Source of the DNA: the human T2T-CHM13v2.0 reference genome, Homo sapiens
Strand: one strand, 5' to 3'
Assembly: GCF_009914755.1 (NCBI RefSeq)
Contig: NC_060936.1
DNA length: 64,000 bases
Part shown: positions 1 to 18,645 of the stretch, piece after piece
Numbering within the stretch: position 1 is the stretch's first letter
Layout of the letters: each line of letters starts with the position of its first letter
Made by a program: the position numbers and the translations under genes
Notes under the pieces: generated by a model
Seen by the model: the letters and a program-made list of their open reading frames with translations, nothing else
Told to the model about the DNA's origin: nothing
The model's database searches: none

Positions 1-32
1 AACACTATTGTTTAATTAACATAAAACAATAA

Positions 33-408
<376 letters not shown>

Positions 409-466
409 CCTACTTTCTATCTATGAGTTTATCTATTATAAATACCTCTTAGAAGTGGAATTATAA

Positions 467-821
<355 letters not shown>

Positions 822-1671
822 CATGGATGAAACTTAGCAATATTTCATCCATGTCGTAGCATGCATCAGAATTTCCTTCCTTTTTTAAGGCTGAATAATA
901 TTCCATTGCATGTGTATACAACATTTTGTTTATCCCCCAATAGAATATTACTTTTTTATTTTTTAACTTCAATTTTTATTTGTAGTTGACAAATAACAAT
1001 TGTAAATTTACAGGGTACAATGTGATGTTTCGATATATGTATACCTTGTGGAATGATTATATCAAGCTGACACATCTATCACCTCACATACTTATCCTTT
1101 TTTGTAGTGAGTGCATTTAAAATCTATTGTTTTAGCAATTTTGAGATATATAATACATTATTATTAACTGTGGTTGCCATGCTGGGTAATAGATCTTGAA
1201 GAATTATTCCTCCTGTCTAACTGGAACTTTCTACCCTTTGGTCAACATCTGTGCATTCCCCACCCCTCACCCCCAGTATCTGGTAACCACCATTCTACAC
1301 TGTAATTCTATAAGTTTGACTTTTTAAGATACCACACATAAGTGATATTATATGGTATTTATCTCTCTTGCCTGGCTTATTTCACTCAGCATAGTATCCT
1401 CCAGGTTCATTCATGTTGTCAGAAATGACAGGATTTCCTCCTTTTTAAAGGCTGTTAGTAATCCATTGTATATATGCCACATTTTCTTTATCCATTCATC
1501 CATTGATGGACACTTAGGTTGATTCCATATCTTGGTTATTATGAATAATGCTGAAATGAACATGGGAGTGCAGATACCTAGTCAACATACTGATTCCAAT
1601 GATTTTGGATCTATATCCATAAGTGGGATCACTAGATCATATGGTAATTCCATTTTTAGGCTTTAAAAAAT

Positions 1672-2990
<1,319 letters not shown>

Positions 2991-3197
2991 AGTTTTGGGG
3001 AAAACTCCATATTATTGATTTCTAAAGTTTCTTTAGCTAAGGTCTTCAGCATATTTTTTAAGTACCTGATAATGTCTCTGTCTTCCCCATTAAACTGTAA
3101 GCTCCTTGATGAGTTTATTCACCTTTGTGCCTCTAGCTCAGTGCCAGGTGGTCAATAATGTGTGTTAAATGAATAAATGGCTGGTGCTCTGATTTGA

Positions 3198-3585
<388 letters not shown>

Positions 3586-4389
3586 GAGCCTTTTTATTAG
3601 GGACATAATATTCACTCCTAGATTTTTTGCCTGATCCCACAGTCTTTGAGCTCCTCAGGCTGAGACTGCTATTGAAACACTCAGGATTAAAATACTAACA
3701 TCTTCATGTTTTCCTCCAGAATCTTTCTTGAATTTACGAAATTCGAAAGCTGCTCCATTGGAAACCATTCAGGAATTGTCATGGGTTTAGGTTAAAAACA
3801 AAACAAAACAAAACAAAACAACACAGCAGTTGTGCCATGGAAAGCAGATCACTTGAAACAGGTCTTCCTTTTCTGTTTTCTTGTAGCCGGGTCCTCCTCC
3901 CTGAAGCCTCCACTCCTGTCTTCTCTGATGCCGGACTTGTGTCTTTCCTCTACTTTTTCTCCGTCCTTTTCTGAGACCCTAAATTACAGTATGTCTGCCT
4001 GTAGTGTTCTTTTCTTTTTTCTATATAATGTTTAACTGCATCTAATCTATTGTCTCTATATGGATGATTTCCAAAACTTAATCTCTGGCTCCCAAGCTTC
4101 ACGGCTGTGCTCCAGCTGCCTCTGGATCTCTCTCTCTGGAGAGGTTCAACGTGCCTGAGACTGGGACTGCATTTCCTCCACATCTCAGCATTCTCCCTGG
4201 GAACCCATTTTTACTCCTTCTCCCCAGCCTCCCATTGGTTACTCACAAGTGTTTACTGAGCTCTCGCTGTGTGCTAGGCACCACTCTAGCTGCTTAATTA
4301 GCTGGCTAACCCAACAATTCAAAAATCAGCTGCCAAGCCTACAATATGCAGTCTTTAACGGCTCTCCTTTTGCGTCTACTTTATGTATG

Positions 4390-4775
4390 GTTTCCCAGAG
4401 CTGCGGGAACAAAGTACCACCAAGCTGGGGAGCTTCAAACAACAGAAATTTACTTTCTCACAGTTCTGGGGGCCCAAAGTCCAAGATCAAGGTGTTGGCA
4501 GGATTGGTTCCTTCTGAGGCTGTGAAGAGAAGCTGCTCCAGGCCTCTCTCCCCACATGTGGTGATTTGCTGACCGTCTTTGGCATTCCTAGACTGCAGAA
4601 GATCACTCAGTCCCCAACCTTCCTGGGGCCTTCTCTCTCTGTTTTCGCACTGTCTTCAGAAAGACAGTGCATGTCTGTCTCTGTGTTCAGATATCCCCTA
4701 AGGTCATTTTCAGAGGAACCGGAAGTTAGGACATCAACATATCATTTTGGGGAGACACAGTTGAACCTGTAACAC
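4390..4775 (-). mobile_element. MLT1 (MaLR) LTR
   Basis: aacaaagtaccac...aacaacagaaatttactttctcacagttctgg...gtccaagatcaaggtgttggcagg. Confidence 0.8.
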
Positions 4776-4853
4776 CCAGTTATCTCTCCTTTACTTTCAG
4801 ATGTCTGTCTTTTCTGGGCACAGTTAGTCCTCTGGGCTGCCTTTGCCCTGCAC

Positions 4854-5147
4854 TTTTTTTTTTCCCCCAAGACGGAGTTTCACTCATCACCCAGGCTGGA
4901 GTACAGTGGGGTGATCTTGGCTCACTGCAACCTCCGCCTCCTGCATTTAAGTAACGCTCCTGCCTCAGCCTCCAGAGTAGCTAGGATTACAGGCGGGCAC
5001 CACCACACACAGCGGGTTTTTGTATTTTTAGTAGAGACAGCGTTTCACCATGTTGGCCAGGCTGGGCTTGAACTCCTGACCTCATGATCTGCCTGCCTCA
5101 GCCTCCCAAAGTGCTGGGATTAAAGGCGTGAGCCACCGTGCCCAGCC
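4854..5147 (-). mobile_element. AluS
   Basis: Full dimer; TSD tgccctgcactt. Confidence 0.9.
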
Positions 5148-5689
5148 TGCCCTGCACTTCTTTTAGCACCATTAGCTTCTGTCACTGGGTGTCTGTAGCC
5201 GTGCTAGGTCAGCCAGAACTATGTCTTTATCTTTCCACCCTCAGGGCCTAGAATAGTACATATTTCACACTGCCAGGCATTCCTGAATGCCTGGATGGAC
5301 GGTCATTGAAATGAATGAATGGATGGGCGGATGGATGGACAGATGGATGGATGGATGGAATAACTAAGGGAGTTTGTCTTGATTTACCTTGCCAACCTTA
5401 GATCCCATCATTCCCATTCAAGCAGTCTGTCCTTCACCAAATGTTTGGGTTCAGTTCTCCATACTCTTCCCTTTCTTTCTCCCCTCAAGTTCAGGTTCCA
5501 GCCCTCATCCAAGGCCCAGCTCAAGTTCCGCTTCAGTGCTGCTGCCTCCCCTGAGATGTTTGCCTTTTCCTAACTCTCACAATATTGTATTGGTGCCTTT
5601 TCTGTGGCACTCTTTGCTTCGGCTTTGGATTATAGTAATTTATCCCAGAACTCTTTCGTTAAAAGGGATCTGACATATGGACTAAGACC

Positions 5690-5950
5690 AAAATATCTGT
5701 GTTGGATCACTTGGGGACATTTTTAAAATTACTACAGATCCCTGAACCCCACACTTAAGATTCCGATGAGCAAGTCTGGGGTGGGTCCCTGGAATATGTA
5801 CTTCTAAAAGCTTCCCCAGGCAATTGTGATACTCAGCCACGTTTGGGAACCATTAATCCAGTCCAACCTCCTCATTTTATTTATGGGGAAACTGAGGTCC
5901 AAAATTGTTAAATTATTTCCCCAAGATCACTTAATTAGTGGCAGAGGCAT
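5690..5950. mobile_element. MER5A-like DNA transposon relic followed by MIR fragment
   Basis: gtctggggtgggtccctggaat...gtttgggaaccatt; ctcattttatttatggggaaactgagg. Confidence 0.6.
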
Positions 5951-6358
5951 CCAATTATGTGGTTATGGTTGTCCTAGCTTTTTAATCAGATTTAAGCAGT
6001 TCAGAAGCAGTGCCTGTACTTTGCTCATCTTTGTGACCTGTGTAAGTACCACCTGTGCACCTCAGTCAAGACAGGCCATTCACAGTAAGTGCCACTATTA
6101 GTGGCACAATAGGTGGCTACACTGCACGCTCCAAGGAGACAGATGCCAGGTCTGTTCCTACTAACGTTTATTTCCAGCACCTCACACAGTGCCTGACATG
6201 TAGTAAGGTGCTTAATTAATATTGATCAAATGAACAAAGCATCTGCTATACGCCAGGCACTATAGTAGAAGCTTTACATACATCATCTCATTTCGTGTAT
6301 TCCAACTACAACCCTGTGAAGAAGGCTTTCGTATTCTCATTTTAAAGACGAAGAAACA

Positions 6359-6708
<350 letters not shown>

Positions 6709-7070
6709 CTAGGTCGTCTGCTCTATGTCACGCAGGAAACAATCAGCATAACTGAGCTCTAAAGCCCATTGCTCTTTCTACAGTGCTGCAGGATGGCCAT
6801 GCTCCACCCTCCGTGCTCTTCAGAAAGCTGGGGGTCATTCCAAAACAATATATGGGGAGAGGTATTCAAAAGCCCCAAATGTTTAGAAGCCTCAGTTTTG
6901 TTCTCAGCTCTAACATAGCCTTGCTGCTCCATGAGGTAATGTAAAAGGTAGTTCTACTGCAACTTGTATTGTGTATGTTCTAGAACATTCAGTACTCCTA
7001 CCACTTGCATGCTTATATGTGTATGACTCGATACTATCAAAAGCTTTACAAGTATTTCATCCTCTTTCCC

Positions 7071-7071
<1 letters not shown>

Positions 7072-7110
<39 letters not shown>
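7072..7110. repeat. (TG)~19 microsatellite
   Basis: Directly visible. Confidence 0.95.
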
Positions 7111-7112
<2 letters not shown>

Positions 7113-7759
7113 AATGCTATTAAAATTCTCCTCCCTTTGTAGGGCAGCAGTGCCAGGACTAGGGCAAATAGAGTTCAAAGAGTGTCCCGGCATGAACTAT
7201 TCTAATACCAGGTTTCAGATATGAGCTAATGGCTGAGAAACAGGAGTCAGGGATGTGAGTTGGCCCCACACACCTAGTCCCCTGCCCAGACCACTTGCGC
7301 AGTGAGTGGGTTCTTTTGTACCAGAGGAATCGCGTGCCAGGGACCCAGCCTCTAAAAATGACAGGGTTCTGACTCCACTGTCAGGCATGAGAGGGAGACC
7401 GAAGTCGCCACATCCCAGAGACTGAGTTTCAGCTCCGCCATCTGAAATGTTTCTGTTTTTTTCTTTCCAATTTGATGTTTTCCTTGGATGCTGGCCTTGA
7501 GTTTATACTCCATGTAGACAGTTTCCTCATTCCTCGTGGCCTCCTTTTCATTGCTGTTGCTTCCTCAATCGGTCCTTAGTGAAACGCCAATCTCAGTGGT
7601 GTGGGAACGAGTATGAGAGACCTCGCTCTAGGTGCTCGCACGGAACTTCCGGCCCCACAAGCTGACGCCCCACCGTGTCCTCCGTGGCTGCCTCCACCTG
7701 CCCCTGCAGCTTTCAAATATGTCTGTCATTGCTTTCAAATTCTCACTTATCTTCCCTTC

Positions 7760-7930
7760 TTTTTTTAAATTAAAAAAAAATGTTTCAGAGGCAGGGTCTT
7801 GCTGTGTTGCCAGGCTGGAGTGCAGTGGGACCATCGTGGCTCACTGCAGCCTTAAACTCTGGGGCTCAAGTGATCCCCCTCCTCAGCATCACAAGTAGCT
7901 GGGACCACAGGCGTGCACCATCCTGCCTAT
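7760..7930 (-). mobile_element. Alu right-arm fragment (J/FRAM-like)
   Basis: gcagggtcttgctgtgttgccaggctggagtgcagtgg...gtagctgggaccacagg. Confidence 0.8.
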
Positions 7931-8804
7931 TTCATTCGTTTAAATTGCCTTGAACAGAATTACATTAATAAGGGCTCTGATCTCATAAATAACCCAAGAT
8001 TCCTTGGTGTTGAGGCTGGAATCACAGAGCCACCTCCTAGAAAGGCCCATCGAAGCCTTGGGGGAGCCTCAGAACTGCAGGCTTAGGGCGGCTGATGGTT
8101 CTTTTCCTCCTGTCTGTGCCAGGGTAGCAAACTGCATATCACAGCAGATTACTTGGAAGATAACTAAATGAGATATAGGGATGAACTCCTTGGGATGCTG
8201 GGATATCAGTGTTGGATTTCATAATATGCAACCACTTTTATGGTGAGGGATTTGGAAGCCAACTGCTGTCGGAATTACTGAAGGTGCCAACATGAGGCCA
8301 ATATACGCAATATAGGCAAAACCTATTTATAGTAATGTCCCAAACACCATCCAAATTCTTTTGCAGTATAATACTAAACTGTTGCTGATTAAATCTTACT
8401 GAAGTCTGTAGACCATAAGCTGGGTTTGAATTTTTTTAAAAAGTAAATTTTCTCTGTAGCAATACATTTAATGGAATCTGATCTATATTACTTCTGCCAA
8501 GAAGGAATTCAGAATTACCAATTGGAGTTAATGTGGTACAAAGAACTAGAAACCTCTCATTCTCAGGAAATGGACAGGGCAGGGGGAGTCCTTAATGAAA
8601 ACACTGTGTCAGTAATTTTTGTGGCTTAAGATCACCACGTGTAGTTCCATGGGTTCAGAATAGATTCTCAGAGACGGGGGTTATAGTAGAAAGAGCAAAG
8701 GATTAAGCATCAGGAACCAGATTTACCCCTAGTCCCGTAACCCTGGGTAATTTACCTGCCTTCTTTGTGTTCCCATTTCCTCACCTATAGGAATGGAGGG
8801 ATTG

Positions 8805-9295
8805 CGCAGGGTGCAGTGGCTCGTGCCTGTAACCCCAGCACTGCTGGGGGACCAAGGTGGGAAGATTGCTTGAGGCCAGAAGTTCAAGGCTGCAGTGAGT
8901 TATGATAGTGCCCCTGCACTCCAGCCTGGGTGACAGGGCAACACCTTGTTTAAAAACATAAAAATAGGCCAGGCACGGTGGCTCATGCCTGTAATCCCAG
9001 CACTTTGGGAGGCCAAGGTGGGTGGATCACCTGAGGTCAGGAGTTGGAGACCAGCTTGGCCAACAGGGCGAAACCCTGTCTCTACTAAAAATACAAAAAT
9101 TAGCCGGATGGGGTGGCGTGTGCCTATAATCCCAGCTACACAGGATGCTGAGGCACGAGAATCACTTGAACCCAGAAGGTGGAGGTTGCAGTGAGCGGGG
9201 ATTGTGCCACTGCACTCCAGGCTGGGTGACAAGAGTCAAATTCCGTCTCAAAAATAAATAAATAAATAATACAAATAAAAACAAACAAAAAACAA
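8805..9295 (+). mobile_element. Alu monomer (FAM/FRAM-like, 8805-8962) followed by AluS (8967-9295)
   Basis: Alu consensus matches. Confidence 0.85.
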
Positions 9296-11058
9296 TAAAA
9301 ATTGAGGAATTGGGCTAGATAAGTGGTTTTCGAGACAGAACTTTGAGACAGTTCTTACTTAGGGGCCAGTGGAGATCTCCTCTCCTACCCAATTTTCAAC
9401 TACATAAATGTTATTTGTTTTGCTTCAACATATGATTTTAGTGGAAAAATAGAGTTCTCCTTCTTTAAAAACATTTTTTTTAAAAAACCACTGGACTAGC
9501 TAATTCCTACTCCTAAACCTTTGTAATTCAATATAAGGTCTACCCATCAAATTGTTTAGACTCCTGGATGATACTCATGTTTTTAGGAAGGGTTCCTACA
9601 CCCAAAGCCCAGGTCAGCCAGTTTCTGCGTGTAGGCAAGTTACTGCGTTAGGACTCTTGTACTAGTGTACAATCTAGAAGTTGCATTGGGGCAGCAGGGA
9701 GAGAATTCTTATCAGTGAGTGTTTAGCCTCGTTGTACACAGCAGTTACCAGAACAATTAAGAGAGACAAAAGTTCTCCAACACCTTGATCATCTCTGGTA
9801 GACAGCTTTGGAAGACACACATACCGTCTACTTCTTCGGACTTCCTAAGCTGTGGAATAGGGATTCAGTGTCTGTGGTATGAAACGGGGTCTGAGAGTTT
9901 CATCCCATCAAACTGACAGGGTAATTTTGAGATGGGGCAACAGGAATTGTAATACTGGGGCAATATTTGCTTGTCATCAGTTTGACATCTTCTTGACATG
10001 TGCTCTTTTTGACCCCAGTGATTCTTCATTGATCCCCATGTAAGGTGTCCCATTCCCCCATCCACACTGACTCACCACCAGGAATTGTTGTGTGTTCTGA
10101 AGAGGCTCAACCAGTTTCATTTGCCTTCTGTTCAGCTTCCCTCCATCTCTTATCCCCAGTCCTCTGTAAATCCTTACTCCTTCATTAAGTATTCCCTGAT
10201 TCATGGAAGTGACATGATCCGGTTTAGTTTACAAAACCAGGAAATTATTCCTCTGGACCAGAGAGAGAGAGAGAGAACAAGAAACAACAACAAAAAACCC
10301 AAATGGAATCTATAAAGGGAAGACAGATATATTCTACATTGTTCCCATTAAAATGGAAACCCCGTGGGGAGAGGAAATGCATCTGTGGAATGTAGAGTGG
10401 ATTTCTTTCACATATGGGCACTCAGTAAACATTATTAATGAATGATAATGATTTGTCAGTGATTGAAATTGTTTCAGGGCAGGAACAGGGAATGAAATAC
10501 GTAGACATTCCTCTATCTCATGGGGAAACTGCTAGGCAGGTCATCCAGATGTATTTTCTTTGGGGAGTTGTGAATTCCTTGTGTGTCCAGCTATCACTAT
10601 GTAATGATATTTTACGTTCTCAGTAATACATATCATCATTATATATATCATCATCTTATATGTATATATATAATACCCCTGTACATAGATATATGTACAC
10701 ATGTATATATTTATATGTATAAAATTAAAGTGTGGAACTTGTAGTTTCCTGTCGAAGAAGCTTGCAAATTGCAATTCCATCCTAGCAAGTAAAAAGCTGA
10801 ACAGACTGAAAAAGCAAGTCTCCTTGGATCCATAAAGGAAGCGAGGTCTCAGAGCAAACCACTGTCCCCAGAACTGGAGAAACCGGCAGGAGAATGCAGC
10901 TTCACAAGGTACCGGAGCAGAAGCCCTGGGCAGCAGCCTCTGCCCGAGCAGTGACAGGCAGGGAAACCTGAGCTGTCATCACCAGAGTGCCGGAGGCGCA
11001 GAGCGGGCAAGTCTGGAAGTTAAAGATCCACGGGAACCATGTCGTTGTCCCCTCTCCC

Positions 11059-11121
11059 TCACCTTCTGGAGCTTCCCCGAGTTCTCACAGTGAATAATGG
11101 AGAAAAATCCCCTCGTGCCTC
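11059..11121 (-). CDS. FBXL14: FBXL14 terminal coding exon (EARGDFSPLFTVRTRGSSRR*), giving the 418-aa spliced isoform
   Basis: Minus-strand acceptor tcctttttcttcttcccactgcAG (AG at 11123-11122) is followed by 20 codons and TGA (11061-11059). A phase-0 donor AAG|GTCAGG follows K398 at 38431/38430. 398+20=418 aa, matching my recollection of the human reference C-terminus. Confidence 0.92.
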   Translation of the reverse strand, partial: EARGDFSPLFTVRTRGSSRR

Positions 11122-11491
11122 CTGCAGTGGGAAGAAGAAAAAGGACCATTTTGAAAGAGACTGCCGCACTCTGCTCTTCCTAACGAGGTCGCCTCCCCTA
11201 ACCCCACCGCGGCTTTATCAGCGCCTAACTGACCTGGGGGAAGGGAAACTCCCACGCCAGCCCACTCTAGCCATCTCCCGGCTCACTTAAGGTGGGGGCG
11301 GGAGGGAGGACGGAGACTCATTTGTGAATGTTCAGCTGAGGGGTGCAAGCTCACCAAAACTCTGAGGCCTGATTGTAGACTATAGAGTAGACCTTCCCAC
11401 CGCACACTCACGGCCTCTTTACAGCAGCTGCCTTTACCCGGTCACAGCCACTATCAAGAAAAAGATATAAGACATACTAAAGGGCAAATAG

Positions 11492-11825
11492 GGCCTGGCA
11501 CGGTGGCTGACGCCTGTAATCCCAGCACTTTGGGAGGTCGAAGCGGGCGGATCACCTGAGGTCAGGAGTTCGAGACCAGCCTGGCCAATATGGCAAAACC
11601 CCATCTCTACTAAAAATAAAAATTAAAAAAAAGGAAAAGAAAGAAAAGAAAAATTAGCTGGGCGTGGTGGCAAGCACCTGTAATCCCAGCTGCTCAGGAG
11701 GCTGAGGCAAGAGAACCGCTTGAACCGGGAGGCAGAGGTTGCAGTGAGCCAAGATCGCGCCACTGTACTGCAGCCTGGGCGACAGAGTGGTACTCTGTCT
11801 CAAAAATAATAATAATAATAAAATG
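11492..11825 (+). mobile_element. AluS with expanded A-rich linker
   Basis: Full dimer inside the L1M; (AAT)n tail. Confidence 0.9.
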
Positions 11826-12972
11826 AAATAAGAATCAAATAACACATGTTGAAGGGACAGAGCAAGCTTCACAACCAGACTCAGAGACAGCAGGGATGCT
11901 GGAATTACCAGGCGGGAAATTGAAAGCAGCTCTGATTAATGTGAGGGGCTGTAATGGATAAAGTAGGCAGCATGCAGGAACAGGTGCGCAATGAAAGCAG
12001 GGAGATGGGAATCTAAGAAAAAACCAAATGAAGTGACAGAGAGCAAAGCACGGTGACGGAAATGAAGAATGCCGCTGATGGGCTTTGATGGATTTGTGGA
12101 CTGGACACAGCTGAGGAGAGGATCTCTGAGCATAAGGTTATCTCAATAGAAACCTCCACATGTGAAAAGGGAAAAGAAAACCCACCCACACGCACACGCG
12201 CGCACACACGTGCGCACACACACAGAACAGAATATCCAAGAACTGTGGGACATCTACAAAAGGTGTAGCATGTGTAATGGGAATACCAGGAGGAGGAGAA
12301 AGAAGAAATACTTGAAATGGTAATGACAGATTTCTCCAAATTAATGTCAGACACTAAACCACAGATCCAGGAATCTCAGAGAATCAGGACAAATGCCAGA
12401 AAAACTACACCTGGGCATATCATTTTCAAACTGCAGAAAATCAAAGATAAAGAAAAAGTCCTGGAAGGGGCCAGAGTGAAAAAAACACATTACCTGTAGA
12501 GGAGCAAAGGGAAGAAATGCACCTGACTTATCCTCAGAAACCAGGTGAGCAAGGAGAGAGTGGAGTGAGATGTGAGGGTGGAGAGAGAAAACCCACCAGC
12601 CTAGAACTCTGAACCCTGCACAATTATCCTTTAAAAGTAAAGGAGAATAAAGACTTTTTCAGACAAACAAAACTTCAGGGAATTTGTTGCCAGTAGATCT
12701 GCCTTGCAAGAAATGTTACAAGAAATTCTTTAGAGAGAAAGAAAATGCTATAGGTCAGAAACTTAGATCTACATAAAGAGGGCAGAGAAGGAATAAGTGA
12801 AAGCAAAATAATAACTTATTTTTCTTATTCTTAATCTAACAGATAACTGTTCAAAGTAATAACAACAATGTATTCAATTATGTACCCTTAGATATATACT
12901 TATGTGTAAGGGAAATGAGTGACAACAATATTACAAGGGATGAGGGGAGGAATTAGGATTATGGTGTTGTTA

Positions 12973-13263
<291 letters not shown>

Positions 13264-13707
13264 TCAGGTCACTTTAGGCTGACCAGCAAAAGGCACAGTC
13301 CTGAGACATGGAGAATAACCCAGAATAATTATCTTTAATAATATAAGCATAATTATAATCTCACAAGTATTTTCATAGGATTGAGATATAAAGAATATAT
13401 TGAAGCTTTTACAGAACAAAAAGGAAAAGCTGGTGCACCTTTATCTCTGTACATGCAAATTTATATAATCAATGCTTGTTTTGCTTCTCTTTTTTCTCCT
13501 TTTCATTTTCCTTTCCAGGTTGAGGAAAGGTAGTGGTTGTTTGTGAAGTGGTCATTTATTTTATCCACTTAATTTCTGATGTTTTCTAATTCTCTCTCTC
13601 TCTCTCCCTCTCCTTCCCATTCCCTCTCCTTTTCACCAGGCTTCTCCTCTTCCTTCTTCCCTCTTCAACCCCACGCTCTCATATGCTAAATAAGAAACCA
13701 CTTCGTT

Positions 13708-14009
13708 CTTTTTTTTTTTTTTTTTGTCTGAGACGGAGTCTCGCTCTGTCACCCAGGCTAGAGTGCAGTGCCGCAATCTCGGCTCACTGCAAGCTCCGCT
13801 TCCCGGGTTCACGCCATTCTCCTGCCTCAGCCTCCTGAGTAGCTGGGATTACAGGCGCCCGCCACCACGCCCGGCTAATTTTTTGTGTTTTTAGTAGAGA
13901 TGGGGTTTCACCGTGTTAGCCAGGATGGTCTCGATCTCCTGAACTTGTGATCCGCCCGCCTCGGCCTCCCAGAGTGCTGGGATTACAGGCGTGAGCCACC
14001 GCTCCCGGC
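13708..14009 (-). mobile_element. AluY
   Basis: Y diagnostics; TSD accactt(c/g)gttcttt. Confidence 0.92.
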
Positions 14010-14431
14010 ACCACTTGGTTCTTTATGGCTGTTGAGCATAGCTCATCCTCGAAGTTTGTTTAATGCTCATTTTATGCTGTCCCACAGAAAAGACTATTGC
14101 CAAAGAGCAGAGCCACTTTTGTTGAAGGCTGTGCCACTCACCCAGAGTCCCCTGTGCAAAGGAAGGGAGGCTCACACAGAGCCAAGGGAGGGCAGGGCGC
14201 ACCACATGCCCACTGCAGAGCCAGCATCCCCCTCGAGAGCTGCACTTCTGCCCTCAGGCCCACTGAGCTCCTTCTGCAAGGAAGCTTTTCAGACAAGAAG
14301 GAGGCTTTTATGAGGTTCAGATTCTTCCTAAGAGAACGTTTTGCTGTTGTTGCATGGAAGAGGGGTTTTTCCCCTCTGGTCGAAACTCCGCCCAGCTTTG
14401 TCTAGTGCGGTGTCCTGTCCACACTAGACCT

Positions 14432-14850
14432 GTTGTCCTAGTTTGTGTTCCTCCAGAAGCCCACCCTGAAGCAGTGACTCAAAGGCCAGTAGATTACTTG
14501 TGACATGAGGAGCTACTGATCAGAGAGTGGGAAAGTGAGACAAGGAAGGGAAGACAGCCAATCAAGAGTGGGTTATCACACCGGTGATGGACGTGGCCAC
14601 TGGGGCCAAACCTGCTGGGGAAGTCAGCCGGGGTACAACATGTGTCCTTATACAACGGCTCCTGCCTGTCCCTGGTTGAGGGCTGTCACAGGGAGCACTC
14701 ATCTCTGGCATCTCCTTCCTACCGGGGTGGGCAAGAGGGCTCCGCAAAAAAAGTGCAGGAGCTGGTGGTCAGAAGGTGGGGTCTCGTGCCTGAAGGGTGA
14801 AGGTGGGAAATGTGGGTGGGCATGGCTGTGTGCTCTGCCTGGAATACCTG
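14432..14850 (-). mobile_element. ERVL LTR (LTR16-like)
   Basis: gttcctccagaagc..accctga...gggaaagtgagacaaggaagggaag..agccaat resembles LTR16 consensus in reverse. Confidence 0.6.
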
Positions 14851-15379
14851 CCTGCTGAGCTGACGCTGATTTCACGCCGTGGGGTTCCCTGTAGGCTCTC
14901 CTGGGTCTGATGGTGAGTAGAATGTCTAGCATTTTGTCTGGTTTTGCAAGTGAAAAAAGTGAGGCAGGGGAAGGGCAGTCAAGTTAAGGACTAAGTGAGC
15001 AAAGCAGAACGGAACCCAAGTGTCTCGATCACTTTTGCCCATCTTAGTCAGAACATACACTGAATAGTCAATGAATGAATCTTTGATGACGTGACCATCG
15101 AGACCAAGCGGTAGTAATTCTCCTCGGCCTCTCTTGATCTTTTTCCCTTTGGTGGTCCTCCCAGGTGGTGTGGTCATGATGGGAGGAGCAGTGATGGTGT
15201 AGACCAAGCTGCCTAGTGTCGCCATGTAATGCAGCTCCATCTACCCTTGTCTGCTGCTCCTCCAGATGAGCGGTTGCTGCAGGACAGTGGTAGGTTAAAT
15301 AGGCCATTATTGTCCATAGTCCTTTCTCTGTGTGGCATGTGTTTATCACTAATAATCGGTCATTGCTATGACTGCCTGA

Positions 15380-15822
<443 letters not shown>

Positions 15823-16149
15823 TAAAACACTACTTTCTTAGTTAGCAGAGCTTAAGCAACACAGCTCATCAGTTTCATAAACAGAGATAGTGCTTTTGAA
15901 AAAGAGACTTGAAATATCCAAATCATACATGTTTTTTATTTGACTTTAAAATGATTACCTTGGGACGGGGACACAGCAGTTATCAAAGAGCGACTTTTTA
16001 ACAGATGCTGGGGTTTTCCTAGATTTCTCACCAGCAAGGTTACTGCAAGATTGTCCCTATCCCATTTGAAGTCACTACTAATAGCTCAGTCTGTCTTCCT
16101 CAAGTAAGAATCAGCTAAGCCTAATGTACTGAGTGTATCAACTCCAGAT

Positions 16150-18540
<2,391 letters not shown>

Positions 18541-18645
18541 AGAATACAGAGATGATGAAACCTGCCCCCTGAAAAATGCAGTTTTCGCCAGCGCCCCAGT
18601 GATTCTCCTGTGGGTCATCCAGAGAGCTTACCTGGAGGAACAGCC

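Noticed and set aside
13480-13535. Possible + strand micro-exon (ttccag|GTTGAGGAAAG|gtagt) and isolated strong donors at ~23327 and ~33339
   Set aside because: Such motifs are common by chance and nothing else supports them.
14926-15240. 104-aa ORF as a possible pseudogene fragment
   Set aside because: No recognisable protein similarity, poly(A) tail or TSD.
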